Positions 35,027 to 49,308 of a DNA stretch of 64,000 nt are shown piece after piece. The stretch lies in assembly GCA_043228905.1 (NCBI GenBank), contig JBHGNT010000020.1, positions 11,160,001-11,224,000 of the forward strand, read 5' to 3'. This stretch comes from Azolla caroliniana. Taxonomy: Eukaryota; Plantae; Polypodiophyta. The notes beneath the pieces are model-generated. The model saw only the letters and a list, made by a program, of their open reading frames with translations. It had not been told where the DNA came from and did not search any database. How positions within the stretch are numbered: position 1 is the stretch's first letter; every line of letters begins with the position of its first letter. The position numbers and the translations under genes were made by a program.

Positions 35027-36950
35027 TGTTGATTTGCCAACAGGCGACAGTTGTAACCGATAGACATAATAAGTCGGACGTTCAACTCCGAGCGTTCAGT
35101 CAAGAAGATTCTGGTGGAGAGATGGGTTGGTCGACCCTAGTTCTACACTTAGAAATAGGTGTATAGATATTAGTTCTTACGATTAGACTTATGATCTTGA
35201 TCGATTGCTAGTATAATATAGTTGGTGCAGTAGAGAACATTCGACATCGTAGATATATAGTAGAACAGAACATAATAGTTAACACAGGAACACTCCAACT
35301 ATCAAAAACCATATTAAAACCAAAACAAAATGATAGAAATACAATGCTCTCGGTTCCTTTTTAGAGGCGACCTGAGAGTCTCTCTCCAAGATTTACACTT
35401 GCCTTGTTCAACAAGAACCTACAATTATACCAAAACCGTTCTATTTCCTAATATTACTCTAATTTTTTATACTTGGCAAATTTATATTTAAAATTATATA
35501 TGAATTGTGTCCTTTCATATTTTGACTACTGTTCATACTTTTGGACTTCGATTCTGACTTCTTTCCACAGTCGTCCAACTCTGGGTAGTTGACTAGCTGA
35601 CACATGGCACACCTGTGGGACAGTGCCTTGCACGGTCAAACACCACCCTTTTACTCATGGTCATCCCCTTCATAGTTGTCACCGACTTGCGCGTCTCCAA
35701 TCAGGTCGTCGTTGTTGATGTCACTTGTGTCCTTGTTCAGTATGTCGAATAGGTTGAGGTCTTCTTCTTCTTTAACTTCTACGTCAGTCGGATTTGATTG
35801 GTTTTCTGTGTTAAGCTCTTCCTCCGACCGCAATGTTGATTCCGCCTCAGCCTCCTCCTGCTTGATTTCTCTGTCCTGCTTGTCGTCGCTGATTGGTACT
35901 GTGTGGCCAGATTCCACCTGAGTCGGTTCGGTGTCGTCATTGGCCCTTAATTCTCTTGTATGTTGATGATGTTCCTTCTTATAGGCGTTGAGTTGCACCG
36001 TTGTGGCCATCTGTTGGTCATCATATTCCTCCATGAGCTTGGTGATCTCTTCCCTGTGGCTTGTGGAAAGCTCATATATGTCCTTGGCAAGCTCTTCTTC
36101 TACTGTGGCGATTGTTGCTTCGTCCATCTTGAAGAAGCGTTGACCTTGCTTCTTTGTGTTCTCATGGTTGACTCTTAATAATTGTAATTTCGCAGCTTGG
36201 GCCGATCACATCTTCCAGTCTTTGTCCAGGGATTCGATAACCATCTGGCGTGCGTTGGTCTTATGCACAAATAAGATGCAGCACACTTTTTCCTCTCCCA
36301 TGCTTACTCTGTATTGCACAATGGCCAGTTCCTTGTGCATTTCGGCAAGTCGAACTTCTGCCGAACCTTGGTCAAATTGCAATTTTTCTTCTACCACTAT
36401 TAATGCCAGCCGCTTATGTTCATACTTTGCCACCACTTGCTCATACTTCGTGGTCATTTCCAACTTCTCTAGGTCGAGCTTACCACAGTGTTCCAAAAAA
36501 TGTCTCCTGCATTTTAATATACACAGTGTTGTTGTAAATGCCGATTAAGGGCATTTATTTGTCCATCCTTGGCATTCAGCAGGGCCCCGAGTTCGGTTTT
36601 TGCTAACTCGATTCAATCCTTCATTTTCTACACTTTTGTTTCGGCTTTCTCTGCCCTTCGATTGGTGCGTTCAGCTTCTTTCTCCATTGCTCGTAGCTAA
36701 TCCCATAATTGTTTTTCTTGTACATATGGGATTCCCGCATAGTCACAGGTTTGGAGACGTTCGTCCGGTTCTTTTAACTTTGCTTCCGCCTGTTGGAGTT
36801 GGGCCGACAATTCTTCATTGGTCTTCTTGGCTGCCAACTACTCCGTGTGCATCAGGTCTAAGGCCTTTGTCGCCCTCTTGCCAACTTCTGCCATTTCTTT
36901 TGTTGTCCTAATGGTCTTCGCTAACTCTTGGTGTACTTCAACATTATGCT
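35027..36950 (-). mobile_element. Element D remnant: C-terminal extra ORF plus probable 3' LTR, inserted in the integrase fragment
   Basis: QAAKLQ..ENTKKQGQRFFKMDEATIA matches copies A and C. Shares the aaggcactgtcccac motif. An LTR-like end ..AACA at 35027 interrupts the integrase frame. Confidence 0.6.
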
Positions 36951-37560
36951 CTTCCTATTGGTGATTGGTTGAGACAACATCAACAATATACCTGTGGATT
37001 GCATTGTGGCGCACCTACTGAATCGATTTTGCATGTGTTTTAGTTATGTCCCAAGATTAAGAAATTTTGGAGTAAGTTGTTTTTATTGTTGAGACGGCAC
37101 TACTCTCATTCAATATTCTCTTGTGGTGCAGTATTGTGGGGTGTCCTTCATAGAGAGTTTATGAGGTATGAAAGTGTGCATGCTTCACATATTTTGCGTT
37201 TTTCTTATGGACACCTCTCTCTCACCTCGTTTCCTTCTATTCCATGGTTCAAAATTAAAAATCTGGTTATTTGGCATATTATTACGTCATTGGCTCTTTG
37301 GATAATATGGAAAGCGAGATGTGATTCTGTTTTTAACAATGTCCACATACATCTCCACACTATGCTTATTGAATTATGGATGTTATTTGTTCACATACTA
37401 CGTGGTCAATATGATGATCTGGTTCGGATGATGTTTTATGGCAACAAGTGGCCTTTAAGAACCGATGGCAAGGACTTCACTTATTTTCAGATACAACTGT
37501 TGGTCCGAAGTGGAATTATGCCATACCTTCTTTTATGTTGGATAGTTAATAGTATTGTTC
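36950..37560 (+). pseudogene. Non-LTR retrotransposon (LINE) ORF2 3' remnant
   Basis: C..C..E...H.F..C-like remnant near 36995-37050, then WHII..ALWIIWKARCDSVFN, typical of plant L1 C-termini. Confidence 0.6.
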
Positions 37561-40065
37561 TACTTTTGTGTGTGACATCTTATTGTCTGGATCATAGAGG
37601 CATAATTAATTGAGACCTCAATATCACCCTCTAAGCATGACATTGTAGATGGATAGACATCGATATTGTGATGGAAAGTCAACTTTGAGCATTGGAACCA
37701 AAAAAGAAAGTAAAACACATTCTTTTATTGTGAATAACGTCCAAAAAAATAAACAAAAAGCGAATCCCAAGTGGTTGCAAGTCTCACAAGGTTGTTGAGT
37801 CAACAGAGCTCTTGATTTATTGATTGGCTCCATAGACAATCATTCATCTTCTACTTATCAAGCTTGATACATCTTCTTATTTGTGTCTTGCGTAATCCAA
37901 CATTTGGCCTATGTGATTGGCGTGAAATCATGGGTCAAGCTTCTTTGATGTATGCAAATGAATATGATGAGAGCGAGGCTACTACATGGGAAATAGTGTG
38001 CAAAGGGATGTTAATACCTATTGGGAAGTTTAGAAAGAAATTTCATATTAGCTTGATGAAATGACAAATTGCTTAAAAAGAGATTGGTGATTTTATTTTC
38101 ATGACAAACAATTAGCATGTAGATCATGGCTTTATGTACCTTGTAGATAACATTATATTTGGCTATCATTTTGGGTTTTACTTGTCTATTTTTGTGGACG
38201 TTTGTCCTGGAATTGGTGGGAAGATTGGATGGAAAATTTTGTATATGGTAATGGAACTCAATGAAGACTATATAAACCTAATTGAAAATCATGATGATTG
38301 GATGCTCATGAGTCACAAGGTGTCTTTTACATGGTATGCTACCCAATGTTGAGTGGAAGTGTTTCTTTGGCAAGTTATAGTGGGCTAATTGTTTGCAAAA
38401 GTAATGAAGATGAAGAGCTTGCTTCTCATGTCATCGCTATAACCAAAACATTGCAAGAACCTCCATTCATACGAAATTGGTAATCCTCTTGGGAAAAACT
38501 ACTATTACAAATAGCTTGCAAAGACTCTTGGCACTTTGTAGTTCTTTTAGAACTCACAACATTCCACCATATTGTCCCAACTTTCATGTTTCCCAACATT
38601 ATGTAACGTTTGTCATTCCAATAAAGAATGACTTCATTTCTCTTTGAGGTTGTACACTTAAAAAACATCAATTGAATGGAACTCTCTGAGTCACCATATG
38701 GTCATACTAGTTCAATAATGTTGCCATGCCAAGTCATACAGGATTACAAGTATGATTTCATGCAAACCAAGAAATACTAGTTTTCCTTTTCCTTTTCCTA
38801 TTCCATAATAATGATTGCATTCAATTCATCATCTTCTCAATAGCCTTCTTTGACAATTGGCAAGAATGGCCATTGTAATTGTTTGCATCATCTTAGGGCT
38901 TGCTTGAAACAATTATGACAGAATCTCCAATACATATAAATGAGAGACCTCCACCACAATTGGGCAGTCTAGATGTCGAAAAGTCACCCATGATGTGCTA
39001 TTTTCCTTTAACCACCCAACCTCATTTATATATCCTTCATGTTAATCTTCGACCTTGAAACAACAACAAACGGATTCCCAAATCTCCTTAGCCTTATTAA
39101 TGTTGTCACATGTAGCTCTTAGAAACATAATATGAATAATCAAGCTTTATGAGGGCAAGGCTTGCATGGTGGAACCTCCACAACCTCATATAATACATGA
39201 TTGACCCAATCATTCCCCAAACACATTTAGAGCATGTTTAACATTATCATCAAAATGAACTTCTATATCTAACAATTGTAAATAATATTCCACACATTTG
39301 GCAACAATGATGTGAGAAGTTGTAAGCATTTGTAAATAAGAGCTAAAGTAATTAATGCTACGGGTGATGCAATGTATTTTAATGTTGTTGATGATGGTGT
39401 TTTGTGGCATGTACACCCTGCATCATATGTATTTTTACTACACTTATAGTCGCAATCGATGCACTAATTACAACTCACATCAATACCTTTGTATTTTCCA
39501 TTTACAATTCAAAATCAAAGAAGCAAATGACTATAACTACAACTCTGATAATGGTTAAGGGGTTGTTGATTGACATTTTCCTTGAACTTTATATAAAAAT
39601 ATGGGTGACAAGGGACATTAGGTAATATTTTTAGAAATACAAATGGCATGCACGATACTATCACCATTTATTTGAGCGATAATATCAAGCATTCCCCTTA
39701 TCTAACACTATCCCTCTTGTGTATCTAGCTCTCCCATTAACCTCCGCTTCTCTTCCAATTTCTTACCCTCTATAATCTCTCCCAAACCAACTTGCTCTTC
39801 CCTTTCCTAACTAACAAATCCCTTTCTTTCTTTATTGTACCAAGGTTGGATTCAAGTGGTCCGACAAGTTCACTTTACGAGGACGGTATTGACTACATGA
39901 CCCAAAACACAATCTTATCTCAAATCTATGCACATAGAACCCTATGTGTCTATGTGCATGTGTGTATAGAGAAACTTTATGGTCGTTGGACACTAAATAT
40001 ATACATATAGTGGTATGGTGATGTAGCGTTACATGTATTGGAGGAGCACACTTTATATGCATATT

Positions 40066-40099
<34 letters not shown>

Positions 40100-40120
40100 C
40101 AGTAGTAGTAGTAGTAGTAG
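40066..40120. repeat. (AGT)n microsatellite
   Basis: Seen directly, with one AGC interruption. Confidence 0.95.
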
Positions 40121-40199
40121 TATATATAAGATATGTGATGAGTACCGGAGAGACATTAAGAGAAGATGCATATTAGGCAGAATTTAGTGTGATCACGTA

Positions 40200-40615
40200 C
40201 ATCTACTGGGTCTCCTATGGTGTGGAGATGGCCTTCGAGGACCTGAATTCGGAGGATATGTACAAGTAGTTGGTGGCAGTGAACCTGGCCAGGTTCTGGG
40301 CCAAGCAAACCGAGGATGGAGAAGCAGATCGCTTATTTTCGTGGAGATCGCCAGGAAATTGATACGCGGCAACAGTAGTCGGGGGCGGACGCGGCCAAAG
40401 CTCCACCCATTTCTGAAAGGGGTAGTGGATTCATGGAGTGGCAAGATGATCATGGAATTTATTGGACATGGTCCCGTGAAGAGGTGGGCCTTCCACCATA
40501 CGATTGGATTTTCGTGACTATCCGGCACGTGGAAGAGATAACTCTTAAGAACATTCTCGCCAATGGCCCAGCGATGGAATGGCATGGCCTGGTGATTGGT
40601 ATTATAAAATCCTAA
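40200..40615 (+). pseudogene. Unknown coding-like remnant, paralogous to 42720-43260
   Basis: EDLNSEDMYK*LVAVN..YWTWSREEVGLPPY versus QDLNYGDMYK*LVTVN..YWTWS..MGLPPY. Confidence 0.45.
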
Positions 40616-41876
40616 GAAATACAAATGTTGTGTTAGATAAACGAATATACCAACTGATTCCCTTGTACTCTCATCATGGCCGACCGATTTGATGTGTATA
40701 TACAATAACCACACATGGACAGTCAACATTGGCAAATGGTACTAGAATTTGGGGAAAGTGTTTGGCTATTGGGAGCGTTGAGAGAGGCAAGGGATTATGT
40801 TTAGGATGTCTAGTTTGTTTGTTGCCAAAGACTATTATTGTTGTGCATGCTATTCTTTTTAAGTTAGCATAATAATTGCAATGGATCAAGAATTGTAAGA
40901 TTGAGATTGCAATAAAGGAAGACTTGCATTCATAAAGCCTAATTATTTGTATAACGTTTTGAGGAGCTACACATGATGACATTAACAAGGGTAAGGAGAT
41001 TGTGGGAATATTGCTTGTTATTGCTTCAAGGTTGAAGATTTAAATGAGTAAATATGCTTCTCATTTCATGTATTGAACAAGATATAAATGAGCTGAAGTG
41101 GTTAGGGGAAGATACCGCCCATCATGGGTGATTTGTTGACATCTATTTAATTGAGACATTGCTTATGTTTCTTGTATAGAGATAATTATATATTTAATTG
41201 AGATTAACATATTTCTTAATAAGAAATACATATGCCAATAGGTGGATTACAGAGGACACAAATATGAAGTTTTAAAAAAGATGCATCAAGCTTGCAAAGT
41301 AGAAAGATGCATGATTGTCCGTGGAGCCAAGCAATAATCAAGAGATATGTTCACTTGCAAAACCTTTTGGAGACTTACCACCACTTGAGAATGGAGATCC
41401 ATTAACACTTCTCATTTCGTTTTTTCTATAGAGTTGCTCATAAAATGAGTTCAATGTCTTGTATTTTTCTCTCATTATGATATCATCTATCTACAATCTC
41501 ATGCATAGCCGATGGCATCACAATGTCAATTATTTATCTCTTTATGATCAAGTCAATAAGAGGTCACACACAACCCACATCAAAGCTTCAATTAATTATC
41601 TCTCTATGATCAAGTCAATAAGAGGTCACACGCAACACACAGTGATACAACATAAAGAGAGTTGACAACAACTCATCTCACTATAATCGAGTGGTCCCAG
41701 ATCCCTACTCCTTGTGTGTGGCATATATCTCCTATCATTTTATCATTGTTTAATTCTCTGGAACGTAGTAATCACATTATCCATTTATTTATTTATTTAC
41801 CTCACTCTTTGTTCAATCCATTATCTTTAGGAGACATAAATATACCCCACAGCTTAAAATAATATGTTAACATTGA

Positions 41877-41910
<34 letters not shown>
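41877..41910. repeat. (CTA)n microsatellite
   Basis: Seen directly. Confidence 0.95.
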
Positions 41911-41911
<1 letters not shown>

Positions 41912-42779
41912 ACTTATTATGTTTTCTACATAATCAATCATTGAGAAGGACACACTAACCACACATTTATAATGTGTATTTAGACTATAGTAATTAACAA
42001 TATGGTTAGTACTAATTTGATAATTTTTTGTAATTGATGTGATACATCAAGATCGGTATTTCTAATCATCCAAGCACTAAGCACAATGTGCATAAATATC
42101 TAGCTATTCTAATTAATGTAGTTATAAATGCATTTGATCTACTAATTATTATTCACAACTCACATCGCTACCCTCATATTTTCCATTAGGCAAGTCTAAT
42201 CACCCTAAAACCTAATTCAATATTAAAGAAGCAAACAATGCTAATTACGACACTCTCAATGGTTACATGTTGTGGATTGGAATTTTCCTTGAACTTGAAA
42301 AAATTATGAATTGAAGTTGCGTGTGGGGACATCTACTCCCCAACCCGGTACTTAAGGTAATATTTCTAGAAATACAAACGACATGCACGATATAACCCCC
42401 ATTTATGAGACCGATAATATCAAGCATTCCCCCTTTTCTCAATTTATTCCTCAACTCGGTTTCATTGTTTGTCTCGATCTCATTGTTATCTCTCCCTAAC
42501 TAACTGGCTCTCTATTTCCTAACTTACTAGGGTAGGATAGATCAATAGGGCACAAGTGGTAAGACAAGTTGTTGCAAACCAATTAATGCAGCCAGGTTCC
42601 AAATCTCACAACATGCATTAGGTCACAAGATGCCAATGTGAAAGGAAGGCATTGACTAACCCTACCCTAGGGACAATCTTGTCTCTCTCAAATGTCTCCA
42701 TACATTTCCGCAAGGCCCCACGTGTATTCCAGGACCTGAATTATGGTGATATGTACAAGTAGTTGGTGACAGTGAACGT

Positions 42780-43106
42780 TGTTAAGATTACCTGTTTACA
42801 CCACAAATGATAAAACATGAGTTATGAGAATAAAGACAAAATATGAGTTACAAAGAACAATAAGAAAAAGACAAAACAATAGTTACAAAGAAGTAACGGC
42901 TAGTTGTTACTTCTTTGTATATATATATATGTATGAAGTATTGTTTAGTTATGTGTGTGATACTACATCTAGAGTTGTTATTCTAGGTTCTTACATTGTA
43001 ATACACTTGTCTTAATATAATATCTTACCTTGTTCTACATTCTTCGAAAACTCTGTCTGGTTCTCTGTTGTCAATCCAACCCATTATGTTCTGAACTTTT
43101 CTTACA
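42780..43106. mobile_element. Solo LTR (327 bp) with 5-bp TSD AACGT
   Basis: TGTTAAG...CTTACA flanked by AACGT at 42775-42779 and 43107-43111. The paralogue at about 40285 lacks the insert. Confidence 0.8.
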
Positions 43107-43911
43107 AACGTGACCCAGTTCTGGGCCAGCCAACCAAGGATAGAAGAAGGAGGTGACTTTATTGGACATGGTCTGTGAGGAGATGGGCCTTCCGCCCTAC
43201 AACAACTGGACTACTGTGAATGTCCGAGACCCCGAAAAGATAACTCGTAACAATCATTATAGCGCATGACTGGTCTCGTGGTGGGATCAGAGGCTTCCTC
43301 CTGAACCTTTCATGTGGATTCTAAAAGTGAGCTTCTTGGTTGGTACCACATTCTTGTCCCATAGATGTAATGGTTTCTCCCTTTGTGACATTCACGCCTA
43401 TATATGGTTGTTATCCATGTCAATCTTTCCCTTCTAGCTTTGCCTACACATGTCGCTTCTGTACCATATAAATGTATAGTAAAAGAAACATAGAAACTTA
43501 TAGAACATTAGAGCGCCACATGATGATTGTACTTTGGAGACGATGCCATGGGGTATTTGCCCATGTTTTCCTAAATTAGATTCAGAATGCATATATATAG
43601 TAGTGCTTTCACACAATGAGTGTAAATCTCTTAAGTTGAAAATGTTCCTCGGGGGATATAAACCCCATTGCTATGATCATCCAATTCTCTTTATTCTTAT
43701 ACTTCAAGGGTGCATTGATGTATGTTGGGATTGTAGGATAGGAGGTGTCATTTTTGTCCAAATATACTTAAGATCCCCTAACCAAATGTGTGTGCTCCTA
43801 TGTTTACCAAATACACTTAAAATGTGGAAGAAGTATAAGGCGGAATTATCAACTTTTTGTTGAATGTTTTTCTTCTTCACCTTTTCCTCATAAAGCTAGA
43901 GCTTCAACTCT

Positions 43912-43916
<5 letters not shown>

Positions 43917-43971
<55 letters not shown>
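43917..43971. repeat. (CT)n microsatellite
   Basis: Seen directly. Confidence 0.95.
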
Positions 43972-43975
<4 letters not shown>

Positions 43976-43993
43976 AGATTTGATCTTCCTCGA

Positions 43994-44640
43994 TAATCTA
44001 GTGCCTAAGCCTTATTATTCAGTTTAAGTGTCTTATCCCTATTCTGTTGCGAGATTAGGTTGCCAACTTCGTCCTTTTGTCCCTAGGGATGAAGGCGTAG
44101 GCTTCGCATCCAAATATACGGAGCCTATTGTAGGTCAGTTGTTTGCCTGACCATAGTGCATGTGGCACTTCAAGCTTGATTGCTCTTGACGGCACCAGAT
44201 TTATCAGATATACTGTCGTTTGCAATGCCTCGGTCCAAAATTCCAACTTCAACCTAATCTAGTGCCTAAGCCTTATTATTCAGTTTAAGTGTCTTATCCC
44301 TATTCTGTTGCGAGATTAGGTTGCCAACTTCGTCCTTTTGTCCCTAGGGATGAAGGCGTAGGCTTCGCATCCAAATATACGGAGCCTATTGTAGGTCAGT
44401 TGTTTGCCTGACCATAGTGCATGTGGCACTTCAAGCTTGATTGCTCTTGACGGCACCAGATTTATCAGATATACTGTCGTTTGCAATGCCTCGGTCCAAA
44501 ATTCCAACTTCAATCCGGCTTGTTGGAGCATTGCCGTCACCCTCTCATGGATCGTTCGGTTGATCCGTTCAGCCACCCCATTCTACATGGGTGTGTAAGG
44601 AGTGGTATTTTGATGTCGGATCCCTTTTTCAGACTAGTAC
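43994..44640 (-). pseudogene. Copia integrase fragment with a 261-bp tandem duplication
   Basis: GVAERINRTI..FWTEA..YLIN..LRIFGCEAY..RTKL. Units start at 43994 and 44255. Confidence 0.85.
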
Positions 44641-44689
44641 TATTTGAAGGCTCTAAAGGTGTACTCACATGTTGCATTGTCGACTGATT

Positions 44690-44955
44690 CTCTTAGCATG
44701 GCCTTTTCGATCATTTCCCGATCCTTATGTTCTTGCGCTAAGAGCTCCGAAGCGAATTGTAAGCGTTTCGCTAGCCAATCGAATAGCTCATAAGTGGTAC
44801 CAAACTGTAACTCAGCTACGAATTCATGATTCTGCTACACGGTTGACCGTGTCAATCCAGCTTTACTCCTCTAGGTCAGCCGACCCACTTCCTCATGCGG
44901 TTGTTCGGTTGAAACGCGTTGTGGTGCCGACCGCTAACTCTTCTATTTCCAACAT
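44690..44955 (-). pseudogene. Fragment of the Athila/Tat-like extra ORF
   Basis: Manual translation LQFGTTYELFDWLA resembles LRLGTTFELMDFLA (about 1720) and LQHGTSYELINFLA (about 48690). Confidence 0.5.
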
Positions 44956-45848
44956 GGTGACGACGGCAAAGTCAAGAAGGACAGAGCCAACAGGAATGCG
45001 AAGACCCGGACATGGTCTGATGTGGTAAAGGGCCTAAAGATTGAGGGTGAATTGGAGACAGCCAATTCAAACAAGAGCTGGAACAAATCGGAGTCACCCG
45101 ATTCAAAAGCGGTGCTTGATTATCAACTGAAGGCCAAATGGACAAGGAGGCAGTTGAAGTCAACACCGACACGGAGGAACCGACGGGTCGAGAAGCGCCA
45201 AAGTCGCAAAAGCAAAGGAGGTTAGATGGGCCCTATGAGCAGACAAGTCGACCGAGGAGGTCGAGTTGCACAGGACTAGATGGGTCATGGGAAGCGGAAC
45301 TAGACGAGTCGAGGAGCACAAGCAAGGTGGGAAGATGCTAGGGGGAGCCAGAGGAGAAGACCAGCTACCACAGACACTGACATTACGATCCGACCTCAAG
45401 TTGAGCTTAAGAGGAAGTGTTGAGCGGACAAGCTTAACTGGATCCAGATCGGCTGAATAAGCCAGAGCCGGATCGGTATCCGGAACGAAGAATCGAATCA
45501 GTGTCTGAATCGGTATCCGGAACCAAGAGCCAGATCGGAGAGATGGATCGGATTGTAATCAGTAGGTCGTTAGAGGCCTGCAAATCTATCCTAGTACGTA
45601 GGTGTATTTTTGGGACTCAGTGTCAGTCGCTTGTATGAGCATTGAAGTACTTGCCAGTACTTCTGTCAACCCTTTATTGAGTACATTGTATGTACAGAGT
45701 GTTATTATTTTGAATTGAGTTTATGCTTTGTGCTCTCTTTGTCTCTCCTATGTATTCTCTGTTCTTAAGCTTCCATTAAACGTTCATTCTCTGTTTTCTG
45801 TTGTTATCCGGATAAACCAGTTTGTCAAAGCTTCCACATATTAACTTT
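44955..45848 (+). mobile_element. Copia 3' internal region plus 3' LTR (45418-45848), same family as 33930-34788
   Basis: Colinear similarity. PPT AAGAGGAAG precedes TGTTGAG at 45418. The terminal CACA is missing. Confidence 0.8.
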
Positions 45849-48800
45849 GAAAAAACGAAATGATTCACTTCCTCAGCATAGGACTTCCACCCGAACACTT
45901 GCCCCTCGATGCCAAGAAGTGGTTAGCAATTCGAAGCCGAAATTTTTGCCTCTTCATGAATACACTCCACCGCAAGGGTTCGGACGGCATCTGGCATCGA
46001 GCAGTGCGGCAATTCGAAAAGGACGGTATCCTGCAAGAAGCACATTATGGAATAGTCGGGGGACACTATGCTAGACATGCCACGGCTCAGAAAATTTGGT
46101 AGAGTAGTTTATGGTGGCCCACCACGCAAAAAGATGCCCACGAATTCTGTGGGCAATGCGATTTATGCCAGGGCATGGACCAGCCTACCGAGCAAGCTGA
46201 ATACCTCACCAACTGATTCTTCTACTAGAACCTTTCCAAAAGTGGGGCTTGGATTTCGTCGGTCCATTCAAACCGGTCGCTACTTGGACAGGAAATAAAT
46301 ATATCATTGTCGCGACTGATTATTGCACCAAATTGGTCGAAGTGAAGGCGCTTCATGACAACACAGCCATGTCTATTGGGAAATTCATTTACGAATAATT
46401 ATGGTGTCAATTTGGCTGCCCAATTGAGCTCGTCAGCGACCAAGGAGGTCATTTTCTCAATCAACTTATTCGAGATCTCACTACACATTACGCAGTAGTC
46501 CATAAGAAAAGCACGTCGTACTATCCACAAGTAAATGGCTTGGCTGAGTCCACAAATAAGACCGTGAACCAAAATCGAACAAATTGCGATGATAAGCTTC
46601 ACAGTGAACTCTGGGTGTATCGAACGACGTTCTAAACTAGTATCAAATCCACACCTTTCGTTCTGGCTTTCGGTTTGGAAGCAGTCATGCCTATTGAGTT
46701 CCAGGTCCCAAGTCTGCGAGTCCAAATCACCGAACAACTTCCTAAATCTGAGTCAGAGCATAAACGACTCGAACAATTACTCAAAGTTGGCAAACATTAG
46801 ATCGTCAGTCTTGCCCAATTAGAACACAGACAACAGCAGTGGAAAGCCTTCGTCAACTGACATCCAAAGGGCTCGGAGGAATCATTCTTAATCAGCAAAT
46901 TGGTCCTAGTTTTTCAAACTCGGCTCGGCTCAATGCTAGGAAAGCTTTGTTTCCAATGGATAGGGCCTTTTCGGATCACTGATGAATTTAATGGGACGTT
47001 CCAGCTTGGGACACTAGCCGGTGACTTCATGCCGAAATGGGTCAATGGGTTTCAGTTAAAACCGTATCTTGGTTGTACCCCACCAAACCCTTTCGCTAGT
47101 AAGCAACACGATCACGATCGGCCCACAGTAGGTGAGATAGAGGATCTCAGGGGCCAATCACCTCAATCACGGTAGTTACCCCACCTACTCCCCGAAATTG
47201 TATACTATGTGAATGTTTTTTGAAAAAGACCCACTAAGTTAAGTATTTAAGAAGCATGCATGACTTATGAGAAAAGAAAGTACAAGTGGTTTTCGACGCA
47301 TGGTCTTTAAACCTTATTATGGTAAGCAAGATTCTCAATCTAGTGTACAAGACCACTCGCAAATCAAGGAAAATACATAAAGTAGATAACCAAATGCACA
47401 ATACTCACACACGCACAGACACCCATAGCCTTCAAGCTCTCTCACTCTCACACCCCGTCCGTGCTCAGAAGCTTTAAATCTCTCTCGCTCTTGCACCCCC
47501 TACTCAGAAGCTTTCAAGCTCTCTCGCTCTCAACCTCATTACTCTTCTTACTCTGAGACAACCATGTTGCTCGAAGTTTCCAAGGATCTCCACACTTGGT
47601 TTAATAGGCACGGCCTAGGTGGATATCTCAAAGTAGTGGATGCACCTCCCCACCCCGAAGCACAAGAAATCGAACGTCGCATGCATCCGGACACCATCAC
47701 CAACAATCAAATCTGGTCGGTGTTGGGCTAGCAGCATGGGGGAGAACATGACATCGAGGCTCCGCCTTAGACCGTCATCGAGGAGTAATCCGTGTCGCCC
47801 AAAGCGTATCGGATAGAGGGAGGGCCTAACGAGTTTTTTGGAGATCTGGCCAGATTTCTGTTGGAGTTCGGTTGTGTACTCGCCAATGCGTATAGTATGC
47901 CAAAGAAAAAGGCAGGGATAATCATCACGACTTATAGACGCGACGCCATCAATTGGGGAATCATTACTGGGGAAGGAGTTCGCGCCAGCTTGTCGGCTTT
48001 TCAGGAAGGAAAATGGTTCTTACCTGCTTTAGCACACTACTTATCTGTGCTTTACCCCCCCTCCCAAATCCCTTACCACACCACATTGAACCCTTACCCT
48101 CACCACTCATGCGAAATGACAATGAGATTTACAGTTAGCTCATTGAGAAGAATGGCACGATGCTACGCCTGTCCGAACCCCAAACTCGCCATTGCCAATA
48201 CCCAATGCCAAGGCCTAGGAAACAAAAGATAACATCATCATAAGGGGGAGCGAAAAACCTAAACTAGCTACCCCAATGGAAAAACCGACTACCCTAGAAG
48301 AAAAATCAAAACTAAAGTTGGCTAGCCCGCGATCGGACCACCAGGAGGAGACCCAAACAACCACAACTGAAAGCAGTTGGTAAACCTTGGGGCAAACAAA
48401 ATTGCTCCGCGAGGAATCAACGGACGTGAAGACGTCCTCACAGATGAGCCCCACAAAGAAGCATCACAGGTTGCAATGGCGCAATGAAGAGAAAACTCAA
48501 GGGGACTCCTCGGCCGAGAACCTCCGATTGATCATCACGCCCGAAAAGATTGTCACCGTCATCACCAACAAGGTTTTGTCCTTAACAGGAAATACAAAGC
48601 AAGGGCAACCTTCCTGGTTCTCAGAGGAAGAAGTGATGACCTTCAAGGACATGCCCTCTGAGTCCTATGAGCTCAGTGCGATCTTACAACACGGCACGTC
48701 GTACGAGTTAATAAACTTCCTCGCTCACCTCCAGGTTGATGTTGTGGCACGGCATGGCCCAAGACCATGCCGAACAACAGATGGTCCAGCGAGCGATAGC

Positions 48801-49308
48801 CAATGAGCTCGAATGGGACGAGGAGCTGAAGCTACAAAAGATCGGCCGGAAGCGCGTAACCAAAACCCGTTGTCGTGTTATTCTACACGCGTAGGAGAAA
48901 CCAAGGCGGAACCGCGGGGGCCCTGAACCAGGGAATAACCGAACAGAGGGAGGAGCGACACAAAACCACGGCTGAGCCGTGCACACAAATACACAGAGAA
49001 CTCACAACGAAGATCGAACAACGAATAAGGAAAATATATATTTATGATCAAGATTACAGCCGGCTAGCCGATAAGCGTCAACGCTCTAACACCAACTCAC
49101 ACAACACACACAGACAACGCGAGATGGAGCCTCTACCGGAAGCACTCGGGCTTTCCACGAAGCAAAGGCAGCCTCCCAAAACCTGTAGAGAACAATGAAA
49201 GACAAAGGAGAAGAGCTCGGTCCCACTCCGACAACACTTCATCCTTCACAACGTGATCCCTTCTCTGTCTTCTTCCCTTCCCTTTTATAGTCCATCGGGA
49301 GGGACCGT

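Noticed and set aside
37600-39000. Possible F-box-like pseudogene
   Set aside because: Only vague fragments with many stops; not supportable.
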